A stretch of DNA of 64,000 nt from an uncultured Bacillota bacterium (GTDB lineage: Bacteria > Bacillota_I > Bacilli_A > RFN20 > CAG-631): positions 22,360-86,359 of the forward strand of contig CABUID010000002.1 in assembly GCA_902491575.1 (NCBI GenBank), in the 5' to 3' direction. Position 1 is the first letter of the stretch. Each line of letters begins with the position of its first letter. The notes below the pieces were generated by a model. It made no database searches, had not been told where the DNA came from, and worked only from the letters and a program-made list of their open reading frames with translations. The translations under genes were made by a program, and so were the position numbers. Shown one piece after another: positions 8,735 through 19,307 of this stretch.

Positions 8735-11188
8735 ATGAAAAAAGGTAAATTAAAATATATTTTAGGTCTGGTATTATCTACTATTATGATTGCTGCTGCG
8801 GTCATACCATTTGCAAATACAATAGTAGATGCAACAAGTGCAACAACTTATACAAGAACATTAGATGCAGATAATTATTATATCCGCTGTCAAGATGGTT
8901 ACTTACCACAAACTACTTACGATAGAATTGGTTTAGTATCTCCACAGGATATGGTCATTGATAAAGTAATGGAAAATGGTCAAGAAGTCGAATATGGTTA
9001 TATTTTAAATCAAGGAAAAAGTACCGATAATATAGGTCCATTTATCTTGAAATTTAGACTAGATGATGTAACCAATACATTACAAAAAATTGAATTAAAA
9101 GGTAATTTACCATATATCAATTCACCAACAGGTTTATGGATTCAAACGACGACGGTTAATGGAATCACACGTAAAGAATTATATATTGCTGATGGTTCTG
9201 CAACATTTAAAGAAAAATATGAAGCAACCGAAGCAGATAAAGCTTTTGGATTAGGGGATTATGAATATACCTATAATGGTTTAGTATATCGTGTTCAATT
9301 TGATTCAACAGGTACACAACCTCAATTAAATAACTATGATATCATTCATGAACCTACTCAACAGATTTCAAGAAATGACTATAGTATGTATGAATTAAAA
9401 ACTTTTGCTTCTTTAGAGGATTTTGAAGGTTATCAAATTATTCCAACAGGAAGCAACTTCAAAGATGTTAATGATCCTGGAACAAACACAACAACTTACA
9501 ATCGCGTTGTTTGTAAAGCCGGTGAAATTTGTGATGAAAGAATAGTTCCTTTAGGACAATATGTAATGAAGACCCCTTCATTTGGACAAAGTACTATTTT
9601 TAGTCCATCCAAAATTGCCGTGGATTCGGCAGGAAATATATTTATTGCTTCTACGGGTACAACTGCAGGTATGATTCAACTTGCTTATTCAGGAGAGTTT
9701 GTTTCATTCTTTGTTGTCAATTCAGTATCTTATAATTTCTTGTATCAATTTATTAAAAATTATGGTACACAAGAACAATTAGATAAATTAGATGTAGCTC
9801 AACCTAAAGCATTTACCAATGTTTTTGTGGATAAGAATAATCTTGTTTATTCCTTAACTGCAGGTCAATCGAAATTATTTGATAAATATTCAACTGGTGG
9901 AAGTTCCATTTTGGAATATGTTATCAATGGTAATGGAAACATTGAGATGACCGATAGTTATATTACAGATGATGGTCTTATATTCTTAACTTTAAAAGAA
10001 GGACAAATTTATGTATGTGCACCAACAGGACAAATTATTTTCTATTTTGGTATTAATGGTTCAGTTCCTTCTTCTACAAATATTATTGGTTTCTTTAAGA
10101 ATTTAACCTCTATCATGGTGGATAAAAATAATAATATTTGGGTAGTAGATGCAGATACAAATTATTTACAAACATTTGCTCCAACAAATTATTCAAAAAG
10201 TATTTTTAATGCCATTACATCATTCAATAATCATGATTATGAAACAAGTCGTCAATCATGGGAAGATGTGTTAAAATATGATTCTTTATCTGTTTTAGCC
10301 AATGATGGATTGGGCAAAGCTTATTATTATGATTTAGATTTTGAATCATCTTTAAAATATTTTACAGTATCGAAAAATAGAACATTATATTCCAATGTAT
10401 TCTGGGAATTAAGAAATGACTTTTTACAACAAAATTTAGTTACGATTGTATTAATTTTAGTGGGTATTATAGCACTTATTGTTTTATTAAAATATTTATT
10501 TAATCATAATAAGCACTTTAAGAAAGTAAAAGAGAAAACTTCAAAAATTAAAGAAAATCGATTCTTAAAAGATTTACTCGTTGGGTTTAGGTTAATTCGA
10601 AAACCAAATGATACATTCTATGAACTAAAAACACATAAACGGGGATCTATATTAGGAGCAACGATTTATTATATTTTAGCCATTGTTGCTTTCTTATTAA
10701 ATCTATATTGTTATGCATTACCATTCCAATATATGACAACGAATAAACTTAATCCTTCAACTGTATTATTTGCAATGATTGCTGTTTTAGCAATATTTGT
10801 ATTGTGTAACTATCTTGTTTCTGCAATTAATGATGGGGAAGGTACATTTGCTGATATTTATAAATTTACGGGTTATAGTTTATTACCAATGATTATTTGC
10901 TTACCTATAGCAGTAGGAATTTCATATGGCTTAACATTAAATGAAGAAGTGATTATTACTATTTTAAAAGCTATTGGTTTTTGGGGATCAGGTATTTTAT
11001 TGGTAATTGGTATTTTAGAAACACACAATTATACATTTGGTCAAACTTTAAAGAATATTATCTTGACAATTATCTTCATGATTTTATTTGCGATAATCTG
11101 TGTAGTTATCGTTGTTATGTTAGACCAAATCAAAACGTTTATTGAACAAATATGGAGAGAGGTGAAGTTACGTGCAGGCTGGTATTAA
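8735..11188 (+). CDS. membrane protein: N-terminal secreted NHL/beta-propeller-like region, TPR-like segment, C-terminal YIP1-type multi-TM domain
   Basis: Signal anchor. NHL-like strings (VDSAGNIFIAS, NNIWVVDADTNYLQTF). The C-terminal ~250 aa contain about 5 TM helices resembling the Yip1 domain. Confidence 0.5.
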   Translation: MKKGKLKYILGLVLSTIMIAAAVIPFANTIVDATSATTYTRTLDADNYYIRCQDGYLPQTTYDRIGLVSPQDMVIDKVMENGQEVEYGYILNQGKSTDNIGPFILKFRLDDVTNTLQKIELKGNLPYINSPTGLWIQTTTVNGITRKELYIADGSATFKEKYEATEADKAFGLGDYEYTYNGLVYRVQFDSTGTQPQLNNYDIIHEPTQQISRNDYSMYELKTFASLEDFEGYQIIPTGSNFKDVNDPGTNTTTYNRVVCKAGEICDERIVPLGQYVMKTPSFGQSTIFSPSKIAVDSAGNIFIASTGTTAGMIQLAYSGEFVSFFVVNSVSYNFLYQFIKNYGTQEQLDKLDVAQPKAFTNVFVDKNNLVYSLTAGQSKLFDKYSTGGSSILEYVINGNGNIEMTDSYITDDGLIFLTLKEGQIYVCAPTGQIIFYFGINGSVPSSTNIIGFFKNLTSIMVDKNNNIWVVDADTNYLQTFAPTNYSKSIFNAITSFNNHDYETSRQSWEDVLKYDSLSVLANDGLGKAYYYDLDFESSLKYFTVSKNRTLYSNVFWELRNDFLQQNLVTIVLILVGIIALIVLLKYLFNHNKHFKKVKEKTSKIKENRFLKDLLVGFRLIRKPNDTFYELKTHKRGSILGATIYYILAIVAFLLNLYCYALPFQYMTTNKLNPSTVLFAMIAVLAIFVLCNYLVSAINDGEGTFADIYKFTGYSLLPMIICLPIAVGISYGLTLNEEVIITILKAIGFWGSGILLVIGILETHNYTFGQTLKNIILTIIFMILFAIICVVIVVMLDQIKTFIEQIWREVKLRAGWY

Positions 11189-13877
11189 AAAATGGATATT
11201 TGCAGTGTTTGTAGCGATTTTAGCAATAGCATGTGTAAATATTGGCTTTGAACATATCACACGTGCTTTGGAATCTACAAATAGAAATGAATTATATGCT
11301 CCAGAAGAATATAATGTTTCAGTTTCTAATAGTGATGGGTATTCAAAAATATATGAGAATAATAATTTTGAATATTATTATTCTAATAATAAAACCATTT
11401 TAAGAATTGTAAATAAAAAATCGGGTTTTATTTGGTCAACTGGTGCAGATACAGAAAGATATACAACAATGACTACGAAGACTTGCTCAAGTGTTACGAA
11501 ATATTCACCAGAATATTATGCATGTGCTATTGATATTGGACCAACTCGTAATGGCAGAGACACCAATAGAAGTTTTGCAGAAATTAATGGCCTTTTATAC
11601 TTTTCATTAATAAGTTCAAATGGTAGTGAACCTATTTGGGTAATGAGTGATAATACAACATTTGGTTTGTATGGACATCAAACCTATGCGAATCAATGGA
11701 TGTTCAAATTACGTTATTATGTAGAAAATAGAAGTTCAAATCCTGGAAATAGTTCGAGTGCTAGTGAAAGTACAAGTGTGAGTATTATAGAAAGTGAAGA
11801 AAATTCATCTGAAAATAATTCTGAAACAAGCGAAGATTCATCTTTAGAAAATAGTGATCAAACTTCAAATTCAAGTGAAAATGAAGTTACTGTCCCATCT
11901 AGTTCCACTATAGAAGTGAATATTAATATGCGCTTTACATTTACAGAAGATGGCTTTGATGTCAATATTTATGATGAAGATATTACAGGTCAATCGAAGT
12001 ATTTAGTAGATGCTATCTATCCACTACCTCTATTAGGACAATCGGGTGGTAAAATGATTCGTTGTACGATTGACACAGTAGATGAAGATGGAAAAGGAAG
12101 TTGTCAATTTGATGCATCTACGATGATTGATAATCCAAGAACGAATTTGGATGGTTATATTTTTGTTCCAGATGGTTCAGGAGCTTTAATTCGTTATGAT
12201 AATGTAAAGTATTATGAACAAACGAATGAGGGAGTATATTTTGATATGTATAAAGATCCTTATCGTACTTATTATTTAGATAAGGAATTCCAAGACTCGA
12301 ATGTCGTACAACAGCCAGATTATATTGAAACAAAACATATCTCAATGCCTGTTTGGGGAGTAGCCTATGGAAATAATCAAGATGCTTTTGTTTCTTATGT
12401 AACGCAAGGCAGTGAATATTTTGGACTTGTTTATAGTGGTCGAAAGACTACACAAGAATATTCATCAATACGTCCTCGTTTTGAAAAAAATAGAACTTAT
12501 GTTTATCGTTATGGTTCAGATTCTTCAAGATCATTTAGTTTAAAAGAAAATGAATTGTACTATTATGATTACGATATTGGCTTAAGTTATAATTTTTTAC
12601 AAGGTGATGGTAGTGAAGATGATTACCCAGCAAATTATGTAGGAATGGCTTTAAAATATCGTTCTTATTTGCAAGATAATCATTTGATTAAAGAAAATGT
12701 TGCTTTAAAAACAGGTCCTAAAATTGATTTCTTAATTGGAGATGTAAAAGAAGGAATTTTTGGATATACAGATGTCAATGTTACAACATGTGAAGATATC
12801 GTTAATATTTTGACGGAATTGCATAATGATGGAATAGAAGATATTACCTCGACTTTATATGGTTGGCAAAATGGTGGAATTTCCAAAGCTAAACCATGGC
12901 AAACAAAATGGAATAAAGCAGTGGGTGGTAAAAAAGGTTTTAAAAGTATCGTGAATACAGCATCTGATTATGGTTACGAGATTCAGTTTTATCAACAATA
13001 TGGAATGATTAACAAAACACAAACATCTTCCTTTAATGCTTATGTAGTTAAAGCATTATCGAGAGACTATGGAACTTATCTTTTAGCTGACAAGGATAAA
13101 CCAATAACTTATTGGTACTACACTAATCCAGATGTTGCTGGAGAATGGCTAAATAAACAAGCAAAAACGCTTGCGAAATTAGGTGATAATGTCGGTATTG
13201 CTACAGGTGGAATTTCAACAATGTTAGTACCAGATTATAACAAAAAATTAAGTTATGCAATGGCTGCGAATTCCATTTATCAATCTACAAAAGAAGCAGC
13301 AAGTAAATTATCTTTATCTGGCGATACACCAAATGCTTATTTATGGAAAAACTATAATAGTTTTACAAATATATCGGTATATAATTCTCAATTACAATGC
13401 GAAACAGATTCTGTTCCATTTATGGAAATCGTATTTGGTGGTTTGATTAATTTATATGCAGATTATTCAAACTTCTCATTTTATGATAAAATATCGCAAT
13501 TAAAAATGATTGATTATAATTTAAATCCATCTTTTATAGTATCCGCATCGGAAAATTCGAATATTATGTATACGAATGCAAGAGATTGGTTTTCAACAAA
13601 TTATAGCAATTATCATGAAATCATCAATGAGATTTGTTCTACAACAATGCCATTTTTAAATAAAATTCAAGGTAAAACGATGATAAAACGTGAAGTAGTT
13701 GAATTTGAAGATTCATCTTTAGGTTTATACATTAATACTTATGCAACGTTTGATAAAGATGGAGTAGGTAGTGACAAAACTGTTTTAGCGATTAATTACT
13801 TTGAACATGCAGTTTCCTATCAATATAATAACAAAACATATACAATTCCTGCTTTATCAGCTATGGAACTCAATTAG
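11172..13877 (+). CDS. large membrane-anchored extracytoplasmic protein, possibly glycoside-hydrolase-like (resembles DUF5696-type partners of such ABC loci)
   Basis: GTG start preceded by GGAGAGAGG, overlapping the upstream stop by 17 nt. N-terminal TM anchor. Ser/Glu/Asn low-complexity insert. The family name is recalled from similar loci and is not verified. Confidence 0.4.
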   Translation: MQAGIKKWIFAVFVAILAIACVNIGFEHITRALESTNRNELYAPEEYNVSVSNSDGYSKIYENNNFEYYYSNNKTILRIVNKKSGFIWSTGADTERYTTMTTKTCSSVTKYSPEYYACAIDIGPTRNGRDTNRSFAEINGLLYFSLISSNGSEPIWVMSDNTTFGLYGHQTYANQWMFKLRYYVENRSSNPGNSSSASESTSVSIIESEENSSENNSETSEDSSLENSDQTSNSSENEVTVPSSSTIEVNINMRFTFTEDGFDVNIYDEDITGQSKYLVDAIYPLPLLGQSGGKMIRCTIDTVDEDGKGSCQFDASTMIDNPRTNLDGYIFVPDGSGALIRYDNVKYYEQTNEGVYFDMYKDPYRTYYLDKEFQDSNVVQQPDYIETKHISMPVWGVAYGNNQDAFVSYVTQGSEYFGLVYSGRKTTQEYSSIRPRFEKNRTYVYRYGSDSSRSFSLKENELYYYDYDIGLSYNFLQGDGSEDDYPANYVGMALKYRSYLQDNHLIKENVALKTGPKIDFLIGDVKEGIFGYTDVNVTTCEDIVNILTELHNDGIEDITSTLYGWQNGGISKAKPWQTKWNKAVGGKKGFKSIVNTASDYGYEIQFYQQYGMINKTQTSSFNAYVVKALSRDYGTYLLADKDKPITYWYYTNPDVAGEWLNKQAKTLAKLGDNVGIATGGISTMLVPDYNKKLSYAMAANSIYQSTKEAASKLSLSGDTPNAYLWKNYNSFTNISVYNSQLQCETDSVPFMEIVFGGLINLYADYSNFSFYDKISQLKMIDYNLNPSFIVSASENSNIMYTNARDWFSTNYSNYHEIINEICSTTMPFLNKIQGKTMIKREVVEFEDSSLGLYINTYATFDKDGVGSDKTVLAINYFEHAVSYQYNNKTYTIPALSAMELN

Positions 13878-13889
13878 GAGGATGTGACT

Positions 13890-16661
13890 ATGGTAAAAAA
13901 TGAATTAAGTATCAAATCACAACAATCTTATAAAGTTTCTTTAAAAATAGCTGAACATGAAATTGAAAAAATAAAGAAAAATACAAGTCTTGAAATCGCA
14001 AAATATAAGGGATTAATTAATTTTAAAAATGCTTCTCAAGAAGCAGAAATATTTAAAACTCAAAAGGAAATTTTAAGAGAAAATGTTGACTCGTTATTTT
14101 TAAAATGTAGTTATGCATCACAAGCCATCTATTATAAAAATATATATAGATTAAAAAAATTAGAATTTTCTTATATTACAATTAATAAAAATGATCCTTA
14201 TAAAGAAGAATTAAAGAAAACTGTTGCGAAAAATAGAAGTGTTTTGACAAAGCATGAAAATGATTATCTTAAGAGTCAATTTAATGCTGAATGGTATGAA
14301 AGAGAACAAGAAAGTCATCTCCAATTTCGCTTAGAATATGATAAACTTGTTCAGCAAGTGTATGGTGATCAACCTCACCTTGAAAGTCTTTCTTATCAAG
14401 AATTTTATGAAAATGTTCATCAAGAATATCAATCCCTAAAAGAAAATGCTCAAAAGGTTATGGAAAGTTTTTATCCTTTTGTTGAACAAGATATAGAGAC
14501 TGCTTATGCCATTACCTTTGCTAAAGAAATTAAAGATGAAATTGTATCTTTCACACAATCCATTGTTAATAATTTAAATGAAATTGAACAAATTTCTATA
14601 GACAATATTTATAAGAATATTGATTTGAAGATTTTGAAAGAGCAGGAAAAAGAAGGATTAGATATTCATGACGAGTATCATGAAACAGAGACTATCATTC
14701 AAAATAATGAAAAGAAAAAAGAAGAACTTTTGAATGAAATCACAAAATTAGATGCTTTACTTCATCAGTCTTTAAAAGAAAATGAAAATCGTAAAAACAA
14801 TACACCTATCGATTGTAAACATTCCAATTTAGACGAGAAGCAAGTAGAGTTATTACAAAAAATTGTAGAAAGTTTTCGATTATCCTATTTAGAAACTTTC
14901 AATAATATTTTTAATATATTAAAAGAATATATTTTGCAATTATGTCCTTTCTATTATGAGTTTATTAGTCAAAAAGAAAGTGAATATGAATCACAAAATG
15001 TTGAGTATCGTTTAAAAACGTCAGAGCAACTTGCTGAAGATATTAAAAAGTTATATTTAAAGGATAGTGATCAATACATTAATTATCTTGCAAATATAGG
15101 TAATCAAAAACAAATTGTAGATGAGATTAACGAAAATCATCAAAAATCAGTTGCAGATATAAAAGCACAATATGAATCAAATAAGAGTCAATTAAATGAG
15201 GATTTAAAAGCTCGAAAAGAAGATTATAGTGAAAGAAAGAAAAGTGCAAAGCTTAATTTAAAAGTTGCAGATGCTTCAAAGGCATCGGAGATTAAAGACA
15301 TATTAAAGTTATATAAGAAAGAGATTAAAGAAGATATAGCTTTACAACGTTCTAAAATAAAAGATGAATTTAGAAGAAAATTAAAAGAAGAAAAATTAGA
15401 ATACGATAGAAAAGTCTTTAAAGCTACTAATTCCGCACCTTTAGTCTATAAAAAAGATTATTTAACGAAAAAAGCTGCGAATAAAAAAATTAAAGATAAG
15501 GAAAGTCGTCTATTAACAAGAAAATTAAATAAAGAATATAAAACATCCAAATATCGAAAGAATTTTAACACAACTGCTCGTGAAAATCGTTTAGGATACA
15601 TCTTTATTAGTGTTTGGGCTATTGGATTTATAATTTTTACATTTTTACCAATTTTATATACTATATTGATGGTATTTTCAGAATCAGTTTGGACAAGTAC
15701 GAATGGATATTCTACGTTAATTGATTTTTCATTTAAAACGGGTTTAACTTTTCCAAGTTGGACAGGTACAACGAATTTTGAAACTTTATTTTTAAAAAAT
15801 ATCACTTTTGCATATACTTATGTTCCAAGATTTTTTAGAAGTTTATTGTTTTATGTTCCAATCGTTGTCTTTATTAGTTTTGTTCTTGCAATGCTACTAA
15901 ATTCAAAAATTAAAGGACGTACTTTCTTTAGAATTATTTATTTCTTGCCCGTTGTTATTGTTTCAGGTCCTGTATTATCGATGTTAAATTCGAACAATTC
16001 ATCAGGAGGATCTTCTATTGTATTGAACTTAAATGGTTCTTCCGTAGCAAAAATACTTGAGTCCATGTCACCAAAGGCATTAGAGTATGCAAATGAAGTG
16101 TTTTCTAATTTTATCATTATTTTGTGGATGACGGGTGTACCAATTGTACTATTTATTTCAGCATTACAAAAAATTAATCGTCAATTGTATGAGGCAGCAG
16201 AAATAGATGGAGCAAATAAATGGCAGATGTTATGGACAATTACTTTCCCATTAATTAAATCTGTATTATTAATTATTTGTTTATTTACCATTATGCAAGT
16301 AACAACGATTAACGTGGCCTTTGTTAATCCAATCAATGATTGGTTAGAAAATCAATTAAATAGTGTTGGTGCAAATTATGGTGTGATCGCCTTAGCGGCT
16401 TGGGTACAAACTATTATTGTATTATTATTTGTATTAGTTGCATTCTTATTATTCCGTGAAAAAGAATTTATTTCTAAAGATAAGAATTATGAAGAAATTG
16501 AAGAAGCAAAACGTAAGAAAGAACAAAAGAAAGCAAAGATGATTGAAACATTACATATTAATGAAATAAAGAATTTCTTTGCAAAAGTATTTGCTCCAAT
16601 TACGAGAGTGATTAATACAAGAAAAGAAAGAAAAAAACAAAAAAGAGAAATGGAGGGATAA
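13890..16661 (+). CDS. MalF-type ABC permease fused to a ~560-aa N-terminal Lys/Glu-rich coiled-coil domain
   Basis: AGGAGG lies 8 nt upstream of ATG 13890. The C-terminal third has TM helices and the EAA loop EAAEIDGANKWQMLWTITFPLIK. The N-terminus is highly charged and heptad-like. Confidence 0.7.
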   Translation: MVKNELSIKSQQSYKVSLKIAEHEIEKIKKNTSLEIAKYKGLINFKNASQEAEIFKTQKEILRENVDSLFLKCSYASQAIYYKNIYRLKKLEFSYITINKNDPYKEELKKTVAKNRSVLTKHENDYLKSQFNAEWYEREQESHLQFRLEYDKLVQQVYGDQPHLESLSYQEFYENVHQEYQSLKENAQKVMESFYPFVEQDIETAYAITFAKEIKDEIVSFTQSIVNNLNEIEQISIDNIYKNIDLKILKEQEKEGLDIHDEYHETETIIQNNEKKKEELLNEITKLDALLHQSLKENENRKNNTPIDCKHSNLDEKQVELLQKIVESFRLSYLETFNNIFNILKEYILQLCPFYYEFISQKESEYESQNVEYRLKTSEQLAEDIKKLYLKDSDQYINYLANIGNQKQIVDEINENHQKSVADIKAQYESNKSQLNEDLKARKEDYSERKKSAKLNLKVADASKASEIKDILKLYKKEIKEDIALQRSKIKDEFRRKLKEEKLEYDRKVFKATNSAPLVYKKDYLTKKAANKKIKDKESRLLTRKLNKEYKTSKYRKNFNTTARENRLGYIFISVWAIGFIIFTFLPILYTILMVFSESVWTSTNGYSTLIDFSFKTGLTFPSWTGTTNFETLFLKNITFAYTYVPRFFRSLLFYVPIVVFISFVLAMLLNSKIKGRTFFRIIYFLPVVIVSGPVLSMLNSNNSSGGSSIVLNLNGSSVAKILESMSPKALEYANEVFSNFIIILWMTGVPIVLFISALQKINRQLYEAAEIDGANKWQMLWTITFPLIKSVLLIICLFTIMQVTTINVAFVNPINDWLENQLNSVGANYGVIALAAWVQTIIVLLFVLVAFLLFREKEFISKDKNYEEIEEAKRKKEQKKAKMIETLHINEIKNFFAKVFAPITRVINTRKERKKQKREMEG

Positions 16662-16666
16662 TATAA

Positions 16667-17776
16667 ATGGAAAAACTTGCTTACCGTATAAAAGATTGGT
16701 TTGGTAACTTGAAAGCTTATTTTACTTCACCAAAGTTTATTCGTATCTATGATAAAGTAATGAAAGTATTAAGAAATATTGTTCCTAAAATCATCATTAT
16801 TGCCATTTTAATTATATTTTCTTATATTTTTATGTCTCCTATTCTACGTGTTTTAGTCGATTCAGTAAAATTAAAAGAAGATATTACTAATCCGGATGTT
16901 GTTTGGATTCCTACAAAATTAACTTTCCAAAACTATCTAGATGCTGGAAGCGGTCTTTGGTTATGGAGAAAAGATAAAGCTTTTGAAAATGCTATCGTAT
17001 CCACTTTATGGAATTCTACTATTTTCTCGCTTTTATCCGCAATTTTCCAGACAGTTGTATCCTGTATGGCTGGCTATGCCTTTGCAAGATTTAATTTTAA
17101 AGGAAAAAAATTCTGGTTTTTTGGTTTAATTTTAGCTTTTATTTTACCTACACAATTATTAACATTACCTCGTTCAATGATGTTAAGACCATTAATGAAT
17201 AAAACAGCGAGTCCATCTATCTTTTTGGGAATGAGTGGTAAAGATAAAGCTTCTTACTATGTTGATGCATCTTTATCTGTAATTTCTACAATTCCTGTTT
17301 TATTGTTAACTTTGTTAGGGCAAGGAATAAATTCTTCAATTTTGATTTTTATTGCCTTTAGTTTTTTCAAAATGATACCAGTGGCTTTAGATGAAGCAGC
17401 ACAAATAGATGGTGCAAATTTCTTTCAAATTTTCTACCATGTCATTTTAAAAATGTCTATTCCAACGATACTCGTTATCTTCTTGTTTTCATTTATTTGG
17501 AACTGGAATGATACTTATGTTTTAAATCACTTAACAGCATTGAGCAATAGCCAATTATCGTTCCAATCATTGCCACAATCATTAAGTGGATTTAATTATC
17601 GTGTTTCACAAGGGTCAGGTATGTCTGGTATTGATGCAGGCAACCAAGAGTCAAACAATGCGGGTCTACGATCAGCGGCAATTATTATTTCGATTTTACC
17701 TTTATTAATTTTATATGCATTTACACAACGTAAATTTGTAGAAGGTATCGAAAATACAGGTGTTACTGGCGTATAA
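16667..17776 (+). CDS. carbohydrate ABC transporter permease (MalG-like)
   Basis: TM-rich. EAA loop EAAQIDGANFFQIFYHVILKMSIP. Confidence 0.8.
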   Translation: MEKLAYRIKDWFGNLKAYFTSPKFIRIYDKVMKVLRNIVPKIIIIAILIIFSYIFMSPILRVLVDSVKLKEDITNPDVVWIPTKLTFQNYLDAGSGLWLWRKDKAFENAIVSTLWNSTIFSLLSAIFQTVVSCMAGYAFARFNFKGKKFWFFGLILAFILPTQLLTLPRSMMLRPLMNKTASPSIFLGMSGKDKASYYVDASLSVISTIPVLLLTLLGQGINSSILIFIAFSFFKMIPVALDEAAQIDGANFFQIFYHVILKMSIPTILVIFLFSFIWNWNDTYVLNHLTALSNSQLSFQSLPQSLSGFNYRVSQGSGMSGIDAGNQESNNAGLRSAAIIISILPLLILYAFTQRKFVEGIENTGVTGV

Positions 17777-17795
17777 ACACAATATTGCAAAAAGC

Positions 17796-17823
17796 CTAAT
17801 TCGAAATTGAATTAGGTTTTTTA
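17796..17823 (+). terminator. intrinsic terminator ending the glycan locus
   Basis: CCTAATTC-GAAATT-GAATTAGG followed by TTTTTT. Confidence 0.7.
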
Positions 17824-17919
17824 TAAAAAAATAATAGTATTCATGATAAAAAAGTTAAATTCTATTTTTTAAGTATGAATATTATAAGTATTAAATGTTA
17901 AAGTAAAAAGTGAAGCTAT

Positions 17920-17948
17920 AAAAAAACGAGAAAGAAAATCTTTCCCGT
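17920..17948 (-). terminator. intrinsic terminator after the SGNH lipoprotein gene
   Basis: Minus strand: ACGGGAAAGA-TTTT-CTTTCTCGT followed by TTTTTT. Confidence 0.6.
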
Positions 17949-17949
17949 T

Positions 17950-19047
17950 TTAATTTTTATAGATATGTTCAGCAAATACTTTATGACCTTCATTTGTCAT
18001 ATGAATTCCATCTTTGCAATAAATTTCCATACTGTTTTTATCCGTATTCCATAAATTGTAAGTATTGATATATTTACAATTTTTTTCTTGTGCCATTAAC
18101 TCTAAAGCGTTCATTAATTCTTCGCGAGTTTTAGCATAAACTCTATCCGTTGGTGTCGAATTATAAAAGTCCCATGTTGATGTTGTTAGACCAAAAACGA
18201 TAATTTTCGCATTTGGATTATAGGTATAAATCTTATCTATAATATATGAAATGGAACCAATAATGGATTCTTTTGATAAAGCGTTTTCATCGTTAATATC
18301 GCCAATTTTTCCAACAGTTGCTCTATAACCAAATTCATTTCCACCAAAATTCAAGAAAACAAAATCACTATTTTTAATGCTTTTAATGACATTATCTTGA
18401 TTAATTAAAGCTACACCAATATGGTTAATATAACCAGGATTTTTATTTATGAGTTCTTCACAATAGGTACCAGTAGAACCACTTACTGCATAATTATGTA
18501 AAGTCATTGTGCAATCTTCAACAAGTTTTTCGCACCAAAAAGTGGGTTTGTTATCGGGATAAGCGGTTGTTTGAGTGTCAGAGTTTGAAGCGCCAAGAAC
18601 CGTAAATGTTTTTAATGCAAGTCTACCTTTATCTGTTGTAAAATGGCTTTTCATATATTCATCGCTTAAAACTTTAACCATTACTTCATCATAAATTTCT
18701 TCATCCAAAATAATTCTAATTTTACTTTCACCAAATTTTTTGCCAACTAAAACATATGAATTATTCATTAAAGAAACGATAGATTCATCTTCGATTTCTA
18801 TTTTTGCTTTAAAAAATTCGTATTTTGGATTCATTATAAGTGCAATTCGATATGTTTCATTTATTCCTATTTCAATTGTTGAAATTTCAAATATTGTATC
18901 ATTAAATCGATAGGTTTTATCATTACTATTTTTTTCCTCTGTTACATTCGTTTTCATACTTCCATCTCCTTGGGTAATAGATTTTGATTCACATGAACAA
19001 AATGAAATCATACATAATAATGCTAAAGAACATAAACTTTTTTTCAT
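17950..19047 (-). CDS. SGNH/GDSL-family hydrolase lipoprotein
   Basis: Signal peptide with Cys. SGNH blocks are visible: VLGASNSD, FGGNEFG, DGIHMTNEGH. Confidence 0.65.
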   Translation of the reverse strand: MKKSLCSLALLCMISFCSCESKSITQGDGSMKTNVTEEKNSNDKTYRFNDTIFEISTIEIGINETYRIALIMNPKYEFFKAKIEIEDESIVSLMNNSYVLVGKKFGESKIRIILDEEIYDEVMVKVLSDEYMKSHFTTDKGRLALKTFTVLGASNSDTQTTAYPDNKPTFWCEKLVEDCTMTLHNYAVSGSTGTYCEELINKNPGYINHIGVALINQDNVIKSIKNSDFVFLNFGGNEFGYRATVGKIGDINDENALSKESIIGSISYIIDKIYTYNPNAKIIVFGLTTSTWDFYNSTPTDRVYAKTREELMNALELMAQEKNCKYINTYNLWNTDKNSMEIYCKDGIHMTNEGHKVFAEHIYKN

Positions 19048-19273
19048 ATTTTATACTCCTTAGGATAATAAAGGATATCCATTAAAATTATAACATTATG
19101 GTGAGTCGTTGTACATGAAATAAATTTTTTTTAACATTCAAATATTTTCTTTGAAGCTTTCAATGAAAAAGAGGTTTTTTGCTTTCTAGTTTGCTTAAAA
19201 TGTTATAAAGTAAGAAAATTTTTGTTTCCCGGTTTACTTTTTTTTGAATGAGATATATATTTTAAATAAATTA

Positions 19274-19282
19274 TGTTATAAT
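19274..19282 (+). promoter_or_regulatory. extended -10 (TGTTATAAT) for lysS
   Basis: Perfect TGnTATAAT 26 nt upstream of ATG 19308. Confidence 0.5.
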
Positions 19283-19307
19283 TTATAAGAAAAGGGAGTT
19301 GATTTAC

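Noticed and set aside
19048-19298. Possible T-box or other riboswitch leader upstream of lysS.
   Set aside because: No specifier-loop/AGAGA/T-box (GGUGGUACCGCG-like) sequence and no terminator-antiterminator pair is visible. The extended -10 sits only ~26 nt from the start codon.
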